Origin: Felis catus
Taxonomy: Eukaryota
Direction: 5' to 3'
Assembly: GCF_018350175.1 (NCBI RefSeq)
Contig: NC_058383.1
Location: 3,224,001-3,288,000, forward strand
DNA length: 64,000 bases
In this document: positions 13,808-27,394 of the stretch, piece after piece
Layout: each line of letters starts with the position of its first letter
Position numbering within the stretch: position 1 is the first letter of the stretch
Notes under the pieces: model-generated
What the model was told of the DNA's origin: nothing
What the model saw: the letters and a program-made list of their open reading frames with translations, nothing else
The model's database searches: none
Translations under genes and position numbers: made by a program

Positions 13808-15914
13808 GGAAGTGGAGCACGAGAGGGGCATCAGTGTCTGTGAAGAGCAGCGGGAGGAGCACAGGCTGCGCTCGTGGAAATTCTTCCCTGGGGGCAGCTG
13901 GTTGTTAAATGTCTGTCTTTCAGCAGCACCCTCTCCTTTCTGGTTTCTGTGAGGAAAAGTTAAATCACAGTAAATTGAAAAGCGACACTGATGTGTTATA
14001 ACCCATCACAGTAGACTGAGAGCTGAGTCCTGACATGAAATGTCCCTTTCTGAGGTGTCACCTCTAGGAAGTGGCAGGTGTCCTCCCCATGCCACCTGGC
14101 TCCACGATAAAGTCACAGCGTGGGTTTGTACCCATTTGAGTTTTTCCTCGAGTCAATTGGAATGTGGAATTGACTGGTTACACTCAGCATAATATCAGAG
14201 AGACAATAAATCTAGCTGTGGCTCTCATAAAACGTGTTTCTGCGAAGGTAATGACTCATGATCGGACGCACGCACAGACATCACGAGAGTGCGAAGAAAT
14301 AGAATTCATAACCTTTGGCTTTAGAACTCACGGACTGCTCTGCAGGCCCAGGCAGCTGGCTGGGGCCGGTAACGCGGAACCGTATGCTTTGTGCGGCCTT
14401 TCTTTCCCTCTCTGGGTTTCTTACAGTCCTACGTTCTGTTTCCTGGGATATTTTAGGAAGAAAAATGAGTAAAGGGATAGAAAATAGTTCTGCAGTTAAT
14501 CAGTATAGGCTAATAAAGGGAAGGTGAATGAGATCTTTAAGTATGAGCAAGTGGGATGCCCAATGGAAGACCAGATAAAAATGAATGAGGCTCAAATAGA
14601 GAGAGGGTGCTTTGGCTGTGAACAAGCATTTCTTACTCAAGAAGGTACCGGAAGATAGAAGTGGGTCTCAGAGCGAGACTTTGAGGCTACTTTCCTGTTT
14701 GCAAGTCGGTGTCCTTCGCCGGAAGCAGACCCCCCTGAAGACGGATACAACTTTGTGCCTCCCGCCCAACTCAGTGCCGGCTCCATTCATCTTGGGCCCC
14801 CCTCTCTCTTACACCTGACACCCAGCCCAGAGCACCCCCGTTGGCCCCACCCGCACAGACTCCCAGGATGCAACGGCCCCTCACCGTCTCCCCGTGGCCC
14901 CTTGGGTCCTAGCACTGGACTGCGCTGTGTGCCTCTGGACTGGACAGCCAGTAGTGGTCCTCCTTGTTTTTGTTTGCTTTCCTGTGGTAATTCATAGTGC
15001 TGAGCAGTTTTCAAACGCACAGTATTCATTTTTAACTGTTTAATGAATTTTGTACCTGTTTTCTACATTTTTACCTGTTTGCCTTTCAATTTTCTTGTTT
15101 TTAAGATAAACTAAAATTACAAATGTTACGTAGTCAGGTTTATTAATCTCTTGTAATTTAAATGTTATGTAATTTTTACATTCAGAAAACTACACTGAAA
15201 CCTTCAGCAATTAGATAGTAAATTTTTGTTTTATAATGTTTAATTCTTAAAATTTAATATTTTCAAACACGTGCACATTATAATTTTAAATGTGCAGAAA
15301 TATGCTCATGTATGTGTTTTTCTGTTCATCTTTTCTCCCTTTCCTTGCTGCTTCCTTTGTCTCTTTTCATCCAGTCCATGTTGGTAACCTAAACTGTATC
15401 TTCTCTTATTTTTCTTTGCATAGTCCTGTAGAACCGCGATATGCACGTGCACACACAAAGACACAGCCACACAGTTTTTATTGCCAGCCGCCATTTGTAA
15501 AAATGGGATCCCATTTTATATGCTTTTCTATGTCTTTCCCTACCTTCTCCTGTTCAGCGGTACATACAGAATGGTCATTGAACTCGAGTTTCTACAGTTC
15601 AGTCTTCTAAACGGTGGTGGGATATGTGCAACATCTTCATTTACAAAGTCTCTTTCCATAATTTCTTTTCCACTGGGAAATCTCACTGGAGTTTCATGTT
15701 GCTGTGTGGCGTGAGGTAAGTATCTAATTCCTTCTCTCTCCTGAGTGGCTGGCTAGCATTTCCCTGATGTTTTGTTGAATTCTCTCTTCCCATTCTGTTG
15801 ACCTCCAGCTCCTCCTTTTATGCCTGTACTTTGTGTGTGTATCATGGTCTGCCTGGAGGCTCTCTACTCTGTACAGATGTCCCCTTTTTGTTGTTTTATT
15901 CACTTTCATTTTAA

Positions 15915-16730
15915 AACACCTTTTTATTTTTGAATAATTGTAGAATGATAGCCAAGAGCCATAAGAGAGTTCGAAGTCTGCTTCACCCAGCTTCCCCTAA
16001 CATCAACATCGTACATAACTATTGTGTATTTATCAAAACTAAGAAATTAACTTTGGTACAATGCTGTTAACTATGTTAGAGACTTTGTTCAGATTGTCCT
16101 AGTTTTTCTCCTCATGCCCTTTCCCCGGCCGAGGTTCCAATCCAGACCCCACGTGGCATTCCGTCCTCATGTCTCTGGTCTCCCTCAACCCATGACCCTT
16201 TTCTGTCTTCTCTTGTCTTGTGTGACCTTCGCAGTCTTGATGAGGAGCACTGGCTAGTTGTTTTATAAAATGTCCCACAATTTGGGCTCGTCTGGAGTTT
16301 TCTCATGTTGAGGCTGTGTTGTAGAAAAGGAGGAAGCATCCCAGAGGGTGAACTCCTTACTCATCAGATCGGGGCCTGTGACACTGGCCCCAGTGACGGC
16401 TGCAGATGTCAGCCGTGGTCACTTGGTCCAGGTGCTGTCAGCTGGGCGCGTCCCCTGCAAAGGCACTGCTTCTTCCCCACGTTGTGTTCTCAGTCCAGCC
16501 ACACGCAAGCCCCACCCACCGGAGAGAATTTGTGGACGTAATTTAAACCACCACAAACAATAAATACTTTGGGGTAGATCCTTTGAGGTCCTACAGATAT
16601 CCTGTTTTTCTTAAAATTCTGCTTGCTCATTCTGCCATTCATCAGTGGCTCTTGTCTGCGCGAACTGTTTCTGTGAACTTCTTGCAGTGGCTGTGCTACT
16701 TTTCCCATTCTTTCTATATTTATTAATCCA
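15915..16730 (-). mobile_element. Ancient L1M 3' end (L1MB7/8-like)
   Basis: cttcacccagcttcccctaacatcaacatc...tatcaaaactaagaaattaactttggtacaat...aaaatgtcccacaatttggg matches old L1M 3' UTR sequence. Confidence 0.8.
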
Positions 16731-18804
16731 GATTCTCCGGTCAGGACAATATGTCCTTCCTCCTTCGATCATCTACCATAACTTCAAAAATATTTCTTTT
16801 CCACTTTCAGAAAGTTCAACTGGAGTGTTTTTTAAAATCTTATTAAACTTTTCAACTGAATCTAGAAAGACATTTTATCTTTATGATCCAGTAATTGTCT
16901 TGTCTGGAAGCACGGCATGTCTGTCCACTTCTCCCCCTTACTCTCTTGAGACCTCTTCTGGCTTCTCCAGGTGGAAGGCACAGGACTGTGTTCGATACCA
17001 TGTGTTCTAGATTGACAGCTGAGACTCCGTAACTTCTCTCTGCCCTTGCCTGGATTTCCTTGTTCTTGAGCACGGCGAATTTGGAGCTTTCTGCTCTTGG
17101 CATCTATTTAGAAATTACCTTACTGACTAAATTGCTATGTCATGACTGGTTGGTTCATGTTTTTTTCCCAACTTCTGCACTTTTCTTTTCCTTTTCCGGG
17201 TGAAGCTTTGGTTCATTGTCTCTGAGATGGAACAATACACCTTTCCCAAAATGATGTGGCTAGTAAGGTTTTTACACAGGCTTCATTTGAACATTCAAGT
17301 ACGTACAGTAAAAACCGGATATTTTTTGGCTAGATTCCAGCAGGGGTGTGGATTTAGTACTCGATCCGCAACCTTTTATGAGCAGCCTTCAGGACGGTAG
17401 GTGAACTGAAGGGAAGAGAGCAATTCTATTTTCTTACTTTTAAAAAAAATCTTGTCCTATCATCTGTTAGTCAGCTTGGCCTTTGAGTAATGGCATATGC
17501 ATATCTTTATTCTTGTTCTTCGTTGGTTAAAGTGTCCAGGTACGTTGATGTGCTCCTAACTAACTAGTACTTTTCTTTTTGCAAAGTAAACTGCTGTTCA
17601 CGCTGCTGTCACATACCAGATAATTCATAAAGTACCACAGTATTCAGAGTTACTAGCATCACTCCTACACAGCTTATTCCTGCATCAAAAGAGGAAAGTC
17701 CTTTGTGTCCTCTGAGATATCTTACCGCCCGCAGAGGCGTTCTAGAAGCCCAGGTGTACCAGAAGGCTGGCCTCGCTTTTTCTTGGCTCAGCACGTTTGT
17801 CCTCATCTTGAGTCTGGGTTCTGGGTGACTAACTCCCTTCAACTTTCTCTTCGTATCAGCCCCTTTGTTCCTCCTACCATAACGGAAATGTCCCAAACTC
17901 AGGTGTTTGTACAGTCAAATGTAGTTTTTAGCAAATTTCTTTATTTTACTAGTATATCCCACAGCACAGTTGAACTAGCTATACTAAGCAGATAGTTTTT
18001 GAGCAAAGGAAGACAGAGGTGCTTTTTCATTTAGGAGGCCTTAGTGTGTAATTAGCTGTTGCATATGTTACAGGGTTTAATTAATAGCCAAAAATAATAT
18101 TTTATCACCGTAACTTTTTTTCTTTGTGGTAGCTTTAATGAAAACTTCTCTAATGTGTCTCTACCTTTCTTTGGAGCACAGTGCATGTAATTTATGCTCT
18201 TTTCAATATCATTGCAAGGTTATAATTAAAAGCATAAATTCCTGTTTCATGACCCTGAGAGTCTACTGAATTGTTCAGTCCCTTTTTTATCTTAGATTTA
18301 CCGACTGGCCTCAGCTATGCATTTTGCGTTCTTGTAACTACATTTATGTACCTTATTTACGCCCATTGTTGATTGTCACCGTGCTGTCAGTATCCCTGTC
18401 TCCTTCATTCTCCTTCATTCTCCCTCCTGAGCCCAGACTGTCTGTATTCAAGCTTGACCAAAGCAGGAAGTGGACTTCCTGTTGATAAGATCTGGAAGGT
18501 TCTGGATGATGTAGCTGCTCCCACCTCCTTGGCTTCACAGACCCCCTGTATCACACCACGCCTGTCCCACCTCAGGGCCTTTTGCACCTGGTGCTGTCTG
18601 GATCCTCTAACCTTGGTTTCATGTGGCACATCCTGTTTTACGATTCAGTTCCCAAACACCAGCATTTGTCTCTCCTAGTAAACTGGCAAGAACCCTGGAC
18701 ACTGGAGTGCTCTAGGAGGGTAGAACAGCTTGTTGGTTTTAATTCCCCACCGTTCTGTCCCATGGAACAAGTTCGGAGTGTTCCTTCTGCTTTTCTCTGG
18801 CATC

Positions 18805-20680
18805 GGTTTTTTTTTTTTTGGTTTTATTTTTGTTTAATTTTTATTATGAAATAATTATATATTCATAGAAAGTTGTAAGAATTGTTATCTTTCCTCAGAG
18901 AGTCACCACGTATCCTTTAGCCAGTGGCCATATTTTACATAACTGCCGTGCACTTTTCAAAACCAGGAGATGGGCACCGGTACCGCGTGTGTGTCTAGTT
19001 CTGTGCTGTGTTATTACGTGTGTACGTTGTGTATCCAGCACTGCCGTCAGGACACAGAACCGCCCCGCGACCTCAGAGATCTCCCGAGTGGTTGCACCCA
19101 CTTCTCTCCCTTACAGCATCCTTACCAGCAACCACTAACCTGTTTTCCATTTCCATAAGTTTGTCATTTCAAGAATGATGATATAAGTGGAGTCCTACAG
19201 CGTGTGATCTTTTGAGATTGGCTTTCTTCACTCAGTAGTGAGGTAGCGCCCTGGAGGTCCATCCGAGCTGTGTGTTATCAACAGGTAGCTCCTTTTCGCT
19301 GCCGGTGTCGTGTTCCGCAGTAGGGCGGCAGCAAACTTTGTCCAACTCTTCGCCCATTGAGGGACATTGGAGTTGCTTCGCGATTTGGACTCTTCCAAAT
19401 AAAGCTGCTGTGAACGTTTGTGTGTAGGCTTTGGTGTGGATGTGAATTTTTCTTTTATGTGAGATAAATGTCCAGGAGTGCAATTGCTGGGTCAAATGGT
19501 AAGTATATGTTTAAATTTTTAAAGAAACTGCCAGTTTTCCAGTGTGGCTCTAACATTTCATATTCTTGCCAGCAGTGAATGAAAGCTGCAGGTTCTCCGT
19601 GTCACCGTTTTTATTTTTGCTGTTTTAATAAGTGTGTACTTGGAGCTCATCCTGGTCTTAATTTGCATTTCCTTCATGGCTAGTGATATTGAGCAACTTT
19701 TCATGGGCTCCTCTGCCATCCGTATATCCTTTCCAGTGACATGCCTCTCAAGTCCTTTGTCTGTTTCCTAATTGGGTTTGTTTTTTTTTTCCACTGTTGA
19801 CTTTTGAGAGTTGTTTCTGTATTCTAGATATGTGTCCTTATGTCAGTCCTGAATATTGGTTTACAGGTATTTTCTCCCCATCTGTAGCATGCCTTTATCT
19901 TTACAGGGTTTTTCACAGAAGTTTTTATTTTGTTCATCTTGTTTATTGATTTTTTTTCATTTATGGGTTATGCTTTCACTGTCCTGTCTAAGGACTCCGC
20001 ACCAAGCTCTAGGTCCCAAAGGGGTTGTCTTGTGTTTCTTCCAGAAATTGTATAGTTTTGCCTTTCACATAGAAATCTTGAATCTATTATGAGTTAATTT
20101 TCATTTAAGGTGTATAAGGCTGAGGTCCAGGATAATTTTTTTCCCTGTGAGTGTCCATTCGCTTTCACACCTTTGTTGAAAAGGCTTTTCTTCCTCTGTT
20201 GAATTGCCTCATCACCGTGGTCAAAGATCCGTTGGATGTTTTTCCATGGGTGTTTCTAGGTTCTGTATTCTGTTCCATTGATCTTCGTGTCTGTTTATCT
20301 ACCAATATCATACTGTTTTATGAATCTTAGAAAAATCTCCCCTGCATCTACAAAAACATGTCTGGGATTTTGGTAGGTATCATATTAAATTTATTTACCT
20401 GTTTGGAAAAAAAATGATACCTTTATTATTTTTCAATCTATGAAATTGATATGGCTTTCCATTTATTCAGAGCTTCGGTCTCTTTCTCCAGTGATTTTGT
20501 ACTTTTTCACGTAGAAGTCCTAGTCATACTTTCCAGATACTCACATAAGTATAATTTTCACATTTGTTGAGCAATCGCGAATGATATTATGTTTTCAATT
20601 TTTGTCTTCACGTGTTCATTACCATTACATGGAAATACAATTGGTTTTTGTGTGCTTATCTTGTACCCTGAAACCTTCCT
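18805..20680 (-). mobile_element. Ancient L1MC1/2-like fragment (3' UTR plus ORF2 remnant)
   Basis: gcaaccactaacctgttttccatttccataagtttgtcatttcaagaatg; ttaatttgcatttccttcatggctagtgatattgagcaacttttcatg; tctgtattctgttccattgatc. Confidence 0.9.
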
Positions 20681-20944
20681 TTCTGATTTCTATGCCTTAT
20701 TATGATGCCGAAATCACGCCCTTTCAGGGTCCTGGAAAATTCCTCTGTTGAATCCTGAGCCCTTTAGGTGTGACCTAGGCTTTGATCGTTTCCAGCCTAT
20801 GTGATACATGATGTCCAAGGCTCATCTTGTACATTCCCTGGCAGAGACCACATTCTGGCATCAGAAATTGGAAACATCACTTTTAACTACTGTGAGAGAC
20901 TGCCTGACTTCACAGTTCTCTACTGGAATGTGGCCACTGATGAA

Positions 20945-21045
20945 ACCTCTTGGTACTCCCTTATCTAGCAGAGAAGTTCCCAGGAGCGGTTCAATAATTA
21001 ATTACCAGATGAGGGAATGAATGAATGAGTGAATGAATGAATGAA
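20945..21045 (+). mobile_element. L2 3' end with (GAAT)n tail
   Basis: ccccttatctagcagagaagttcccagg...tcaataatt...gaatgaatgaatgagtgaatgaatgaatga. Confidence 0.6.
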
Positions 21046-21499
21046 AGAAATACATCTTGAGCTAGTTTCTGATGATGGCAAAACAAAAAAATATAATATG
21101 GCCCATCCAAGAAAGAAGTGGTCAGAGCAATTCAGATCACTACCAGTCTTTCAAAGAATTAAACTCCTGTGAACCATAAAACTTGTCTTTCTGTCCTCCC
21201 TCACAGTGACCTCCCACAGGCCTGGCCTCTTTGCTCTCCCCCTTCCTTTCTGGATCCTTTCCAGACTTTTGTGTTTCTCTCCTTGGTGTGAATTCCCAAG
21301 ACCCTCCTCTCTCTCTAGACTCTGCTCCCCCCCGCTTCCCCCCCGCCAAACTGCTTGATAAGGCCCCACAGGAAAGGGAGAAGAGATTGCAAATGTTCAT
21401 GTTTGGAACATCACAAATGCACTCATCGCAAATATGAGTGCACGAATGGTGACACTCAGAGGAAGCGCTGCATCCCCCTACAGTGTGTGAGTGGGACAC

Positions 21500-21640
21500 G
21501 AGCTGTTGAATATTGACAGGCCCTAGCCCCGTGCTCAGCACGTGCACATACTTCAGACTTACCTTTTTAATACACATGATGGCTCTGTGAGCTGGGTAGA
21601 GGTCTCTCATTTCTGAGATGAAGAAACGGAGCCCAAAGAA
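21500..21640 (-). mobile_element. MIR SINE
   Basis: ctctgtgagctgggtaga...tctcatttctgagatgaagaaacggagcccaaaga. Confidence 0.7.
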
Positions 21641-21647
21641 CTAGTTC

Positions 21648-22095
21648 GTAAGGAGTTTTCTGTGGCTGCTATAACAAATTTTCACAACGTTGCTGACTGA
21701 AAACAACACAGATCTGTTTTCTTACCATTCTCGAGGTCAGAAGTCCACAGTGTGTCCGGCGGGGTTAAAATCGACATGTGTGCAGGGCTCCGTTTCTCTG
21801 GAGGGTGTGGAGAAGAATCTGTTTCTCACCTCGCCAGCTCTAGAGGCTCCCGGGCTCTGGGACTCGTGGCCCCTCGGCCACCCTCGGAGCCGGCGCTCTC
21901 TCTGGCTCTGACTCTCCTGACTGCCTGCCCTTTTGGGGACCCTTGTGATTGTTTGGACCTGCCCACATGGTCCAGCATCATCTCCCCATCTCGGGATCCT
22001 TAATCACATCTGCAGAGTCCCTGTGCTGTGTGACATAACCTATCGACAGGCTCTGGGCGTGAGGACGAGGCCATCTTGGGGGCCATTCTGTAGCC
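21648..22095 (-). mobile_element. MaLR solo LTR (MLT1D-like)
   Basis: gttttctgtggctgctataacaaatt...ggtcagaagtcc...ccttaatcacatctgcagagtccc...ttgggggccattct spans most of the LTR. Confidence 0.9.
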
Positions 22096-23367
22096 TTGGA
22101 GCAGCTGCATGCATTGCACACGGAGGCAAAGAGTTGAGTCGTGCCTTTTCCCAACGCTCCTTGGGGAGGTCTTGGAGGTCTTTACCTCTGGATAGCTCTG
22201 GCACAGTTGGCTGTGGTCTTTCACTGTGTTCACACCTAGCGCCTGGTTCATTTTCATCATTTTGGGCCAGGGCGCTAGTTACACACGGCTTGTGGCAGAC
22301 AGAAAATTGAGGAATGTGGCCAAGGACCGCAAGCAAACACACCAGCGCCTGATGGACAACGGTGCGTGTCTCTAAGACAAGTGGAGGCAATTCTGTTTTA
22401 TGTTACTGGGCTGTGTCTGTCATGGAGATGAACTGCATGGTCATTAACTGCGGCAGGATGTGGAGACAGTTGGGAAAAGTGACTCTTACCCTTTTTTACT
22501 ATTTTTATCCATTTCCCTCATTGTGTTTTCCTGGGGGGTATCTAGGCACTATGAGTGTTACTACCTAAAATTTGCACGCTGTCCTTATCTCACGGGTGCA
22601 TTGTCATGGTTAATAATGTTTCAATATGCTTAGACTTTCCCAAAATGGTCTTCTTTAAGTTATTTACAGCTGTATTTTGGGCCTATCACCATTTACCCTC
22701 GCAAATCTGAGTTGCCTGCCTATTTTCTCATTTTAGACCCATCCTAATGTCCAAATCAAATGGTTTTATAAAGCTTTTCCTGGGCAAGTCCGAAGTGGGT
22801 AGTTCTTGAGAAAAAAGATTGTCTGTCTCCAAAGGAAATGATCACTAATCTTCATAGCCGACCCCACGCCTCTGATTTCTGCCTCTTGTTAGTAGGAACA
22901 ACGGTTGGACCTAGTAGGGAAGAGACTTCTTACCAGAATTCTCAGGGAGGCCCGGCTTTGGTGTTCTGCCCTGACCCTCAGAGGGACCCTCACCTCCAGC
23001 TTCTCAACCTCAGAGGCACGGTGCTCCTCTGTCAAGATCTGGCATATTGTGGAGCACTTGTCCTCCTGGTCGATGTCCACCCATGGGACTTTGTCAAACC
23101 CAAGTGCAACACCGGCTCCGTGGCCACCGCCGCATGCTGGGCACTGTCTTAGCTGCTGAGGAGCCAGACATGAGTCCTAGAGAAGTGGGGGAGAGAGAGA
23201 GACAGAGATAGCACAGGGAGGGAGGGGCTTACCCCCGGGGCCTCAACCCTGCTGAATGCCAGGACGAGAGTTTGTGTCCAATACTGTTCCTGGCCTCTTG
23301 CCTAACTGGGTCGAGGGAGACTCAGGTGAGGGAACTTTTGGGAATTTGTCTGGGGTGGGGTGGAGGA

Positions 23368-23482
23368 GACTGGATTAGAGTCTCGATTCTTCAACCTTCC
23401 TCGGGAAAGTTACTTCATCTCTTCTAGCCTCTGTTTCCTGTCTGTAGGATGGGGATGAGAACTTAGCTCAGCGTTTTTGAGT
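23368..23482 (+). mobile_element. MIR SINE
   Basis: cctcgggaaagttacttcatctcttctagcctctgtttcctgtctgtaggatggggatga. Confidence 0.75.
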
Positions 23483-24979
23483 CTGGGGCATAGGCCAGGC
23501 ATTGGGCCAATCACTTTTTCTGCTACCCCATTTGTTTCTCACCCCAGCCTGTGTTACCCCCCACTGACAGACCAGCAGCCTCCTTTGTGTTCGTAGCCTG
23601 GTGGGGCCAGTGATGCGTGCAGGGTGCTGAGCACGATGCCAGGCCCATAGAACATGCTCAGAAAAGTCTGGATCTTCTCATTCCGTGAGGAGCGCAGAGC
23701 ACCTTTGCGGAGGAGGATGGTCGAAAGGGGCTTACTGCTCCTTCCCCACACCTGCAAGCAGCCCCAGCTGGTGGGACGATTGGGGGTGGCCAGGGGGGTC
23801 CGTCCTCAGGGAGACCCCTCCAAACGAACAGGTTCACCGCCGCTGAAATGGAACTCAGAGGAGTCCGTCCAAACTCAGGGGAAAACACCGCTGGCTGTCT
23901 CCCAGCCGGCGGCTGTGCCGGGTTCCCCAGCGCGGGGTGGGGGGCAGTAATACGAGGTCGCCCGGGCCCAGCTCAGCCCGTGAGGGGCTGCAGCTCTCCC
24001 CGGAGAGATTTTCATGTCACGGTAGCAAGGGAGGTGGTAATGGTTCCTGAGGGTTTAGTTCAGCAGCCCGGGGTTTAAGTACCTCCCAGCTTTGTGTATA
24101 AGTCCGTTTCTCTCTGTGGACTGACCGTTTCCCGCGTTTGTTTGCCAGGCTGTGTGCGTAAGCGCCTTCTGTTTACACGCATATGCCATGGCCCCTACTC
24201 GTGGTGTCCAGAAGGAAAGTCGTTAAGAGAAAGTTGGCTATTCTTCTAGATTTATTTCCATCTTCCTGGCTGACAGAGTTCTGTCCTTGCGCACGAAGAT
24301 CTTGCCCTGTAGTCTGGGGAGCTCGCGTTTTCCAGGGGCGCACGGGGCCGCTGAGGACCAGCTGTAGTCCTTGAGGCCACCTGTGCTCTGCGGGCACAGC
24401 CTTGTCCCTTAGTCGTCAAACAGACTTTAACAAAGAGTAGAACCTTTTTGTGATAATTACGTTTCTCTAGGAGGAGTGATGGTGGCTGACTTGCTCGGGG
24501 AGAGCATCCCCAGGAGCCGTGTCCCCCGGGGGTCCGCCAGCGGCCCCGCCTACCTTTCCCTCTTCATGGCAGCTGCTCCTTGTGATTGATCCCGCCAGGA
24601 GGACCCACCCCGCCACGGGCGCCGCCCCCGTGGAGCCAGGGTCAGGTGCTCTCCGCCCAGTGCCCCTTCTGCAGAAGGAAGAAAGTCTCCCTGTGCTCTA
24701 TTCTGAAGAAAAGGAGAGGCGGAGAGAAACTGACTTGTCTGATGCTTAAATCGCCAGCCTCAGCCTCCTGACCCAACCTACTAGGTGGGAGTGGCTGGGT
24801 CCGCCTCACTTGCTCACTGCTCTGGGAGAGACTGATTGTCACAGAGGTCACATAAGGGCACACACCCGCTCTGCGTACTCGCTCAGTCACTTGACCATGG
24901 CAGTGCCCGTTGGCTTTGGGGCTGACTGAGGTCTTGTTTTTATTATGCCATATATAAGATAAAGTGAACTTAACATCAC

Positions 24980-25187
24980 GGGCATCTTCGTGGTTCATTC
25001 GGTTGAGCGTCCGACTTCGGCTCAGTCATGATCTCACCGTTCACGGGTTTGAGCCCCGCGTCGGGCTCTGTGCTGACAGCTCGGAGCCTGGAGCCTGCTT
25101 CAGATTCTGTGTCTTCCCCCTCTCTGCCCCTCCCCTGCTCACACTCTGTCTCTCTCTCTCTCTCTCAAAAATAAACATTTGAAAAAA
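24980..25187 (+). mobile_element. Can-SINE (SINEC_Fc2-like)
   Basis: gagccccgcgtcgggctctgtgctgacagctcggagcctggagcctgcttcagattctgtg, (CT)n, A tail. Flanking repeat ataaagtgaact. Confidence 0.95.
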
Positions 25188-27394
25188 ATAAAGTGAACTC
25201 ATTTCAGACTTGTCCACTGATGTGGAGGATCTCAGGAGAGCCCCCTCTGGGGAGACTTCCACTGGTGCCTGCCTGGGTTTTAGCCATCTTTCTGGAATCC
25301 TTGTTGATGGTTTCTGGTTTGAGTAGATTTTACGTCTGGGTAAGGTCTCATGTTTGGGGACCTCAAGACTACATGTTCTTGTTTTTTTTTTTTTTCTTGT
25401 TTTAATTTTTTGGTTGTTTGTTTTAGTGGGGGGAGGGGAGAAGTGTACCTGGAAATGTTTATGCCTAAACTTTAGTACTCTTTAAACCTTCCTCATCCAA
25501 CTCCTCTCTTTTGCATATGACCACACCAGAAATTGCTCCTGGTCACTTCCTTGTGCCTAGAGCTGGAACAATTAGTTAAAATAACAAAAGGCCCTGGATC
25601 GAGTATACATTCACTAAAATGCTTTTTTAAAGTAGCTAGAAGTAAGAATAAAAAGTAAAATAAAATGAATGAACTAGAAAAATAAATAAGTAAATAAATC
25701 AACGCAGCTAGAAAATTTAAGAAGCGCTGCTGTAAATAGATGTATTTCTCCTGGGCAAAAACCCCTGATGAAATACACCCTCCAGGAATTGTATCAAGTT
25801 GCCCTGTAATTTTTCCCTCTCTCTTCCGTCTCTGCTGATACGCGGCATCTTTCCAAGAGGAGGAGGATCGATTCTGTTTACGACACGTCAACATGTGTCG
25901 AGAGGAGGCCAGGAATTTTCTGGCATTAAGGTCTTGTACAGTGGGTGTTGCTGCTGGGGCAGTTGATGGATGGAAAGGCCTGGAAATGAGGTTTCCTAGG
26001 CCCGCCTGCTGCCGCGTCGGTCCAGCTCCTGCGCGGATGGCTTTAGGTAGTAGCAGCTCTGCATCATTTTATGACGTGAATCTGGTAATTCAGCGACTCG
26101 GCCGTGTTTGTATCGCAGTCTGTTAACTAGAATGCTACCAAGTATTTGATATCTCACCCTGGAAGGAGGACATTTGACTGCATTTAGTATTCGAATGCAT
26201 CACTACCTACACAGCGCGCCTGATAGACTGAGGAGCCAGATTCAGGTTCAGCAAACACCGAGTGAGGACGCCGTGTCAGGCTCATTCACGTCGTTGCCTG
26301 ATTGGTACTTCACGAAGGTCCTGTTGATGGGAGTATGGTCACTCCTGTTGCGCAGATGGAAGAACCAAGTAGTGAACCTGAGCCAGACCTGATTCTGGGC
26401 CTGTCCATCCACATGGGCCACACTTGCCTGGTCATTTCAAGGACCTTTCTGCGTGTACACAGAGTATTGTGATTACCTCAGCCTGGGTTTATCCACGGAG
26501 TTCCTGCCTATCATCTGCCGTGATCTCGTACTGGCGGACAGAGGGGGCGTCTTCTCTGGAGACCGTTGGAGATTTTACCTTGAAGGCAGGCCGTGTTTAA
26601 TCTCGGGCCGCCAGGAGCTGCTCTTGGAGAAGGTGAAGAAGCTCTGAGCTCTGGTGTCCTTTCTGCTCTCATTCAGAGACAGACATTGTGCCCAGGAGGG
26701 TGTCCTCTCCGCTTCTCTTCATGGCACCCGGAAGTTTCTCAGCCACGGCTGGGCCTACTGACCGGGATGCTCACCCGTGCTCGTGCTGCTGGCAAGCAGT
26801 CTGCAAAGCCGCGGGCCAGGCCCACCGGTTGGGAGAAACTCGGACGCGTTGTCCTTTGGGACACGTGCTGTCTCACAGGAGCCCTGGGCCAGAGCTTTGG
26901 GTCGAAGGCCAGACGCGTGGGTAGGAAACCGGTCCTTCCTTCCATGTCACCTCCAGGGGCAGCCCCCCCTGTTCCTGAGGTGTTAGGTATGTTTTGGGCT
27001 AGAGGACCTGGCCTGTCTTTCTAATGTGACATCTGCATTTTACTTCTTAAGGAGCTGTCACCGGGAAGATAGATGTCAGATCTCCACGTTTTCTGGTGGC
27101 TTGGCTGACTCTTTGGCTCCTCCTCCTTTAACGTTCTATACAGTACGCATTGGGGACTTCATACGGCTGCCATTTTCTTCTTCTGTCTTTTGGATGTGTT
27201 CTTCCCTCCTTGTGTTCAGGGACCATATTCCCTGGTTACCTTCCCTGGACAGTGTCGTTCACACAGCAGTCACTCCATACGGACTCATGGGGTGATTGGA
27301 TTATCTCTTTCCTGGCCTGGGTTCTGGCACCAAGATGGAGTTGAAAGCTTAAGCGTGAAGAGAGAAAAATGAATACCTGTATGTTTTCTTCTTG

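Noticed and set aside
22994..23077. Resemblance of DIDQED...KLE to the cyclin B segment DIDxED...QLE
   Set aside because: Only the ends match. The conserved core (LCSxYVKDIYxYLR) is absent and no other cyclin exons were seen.
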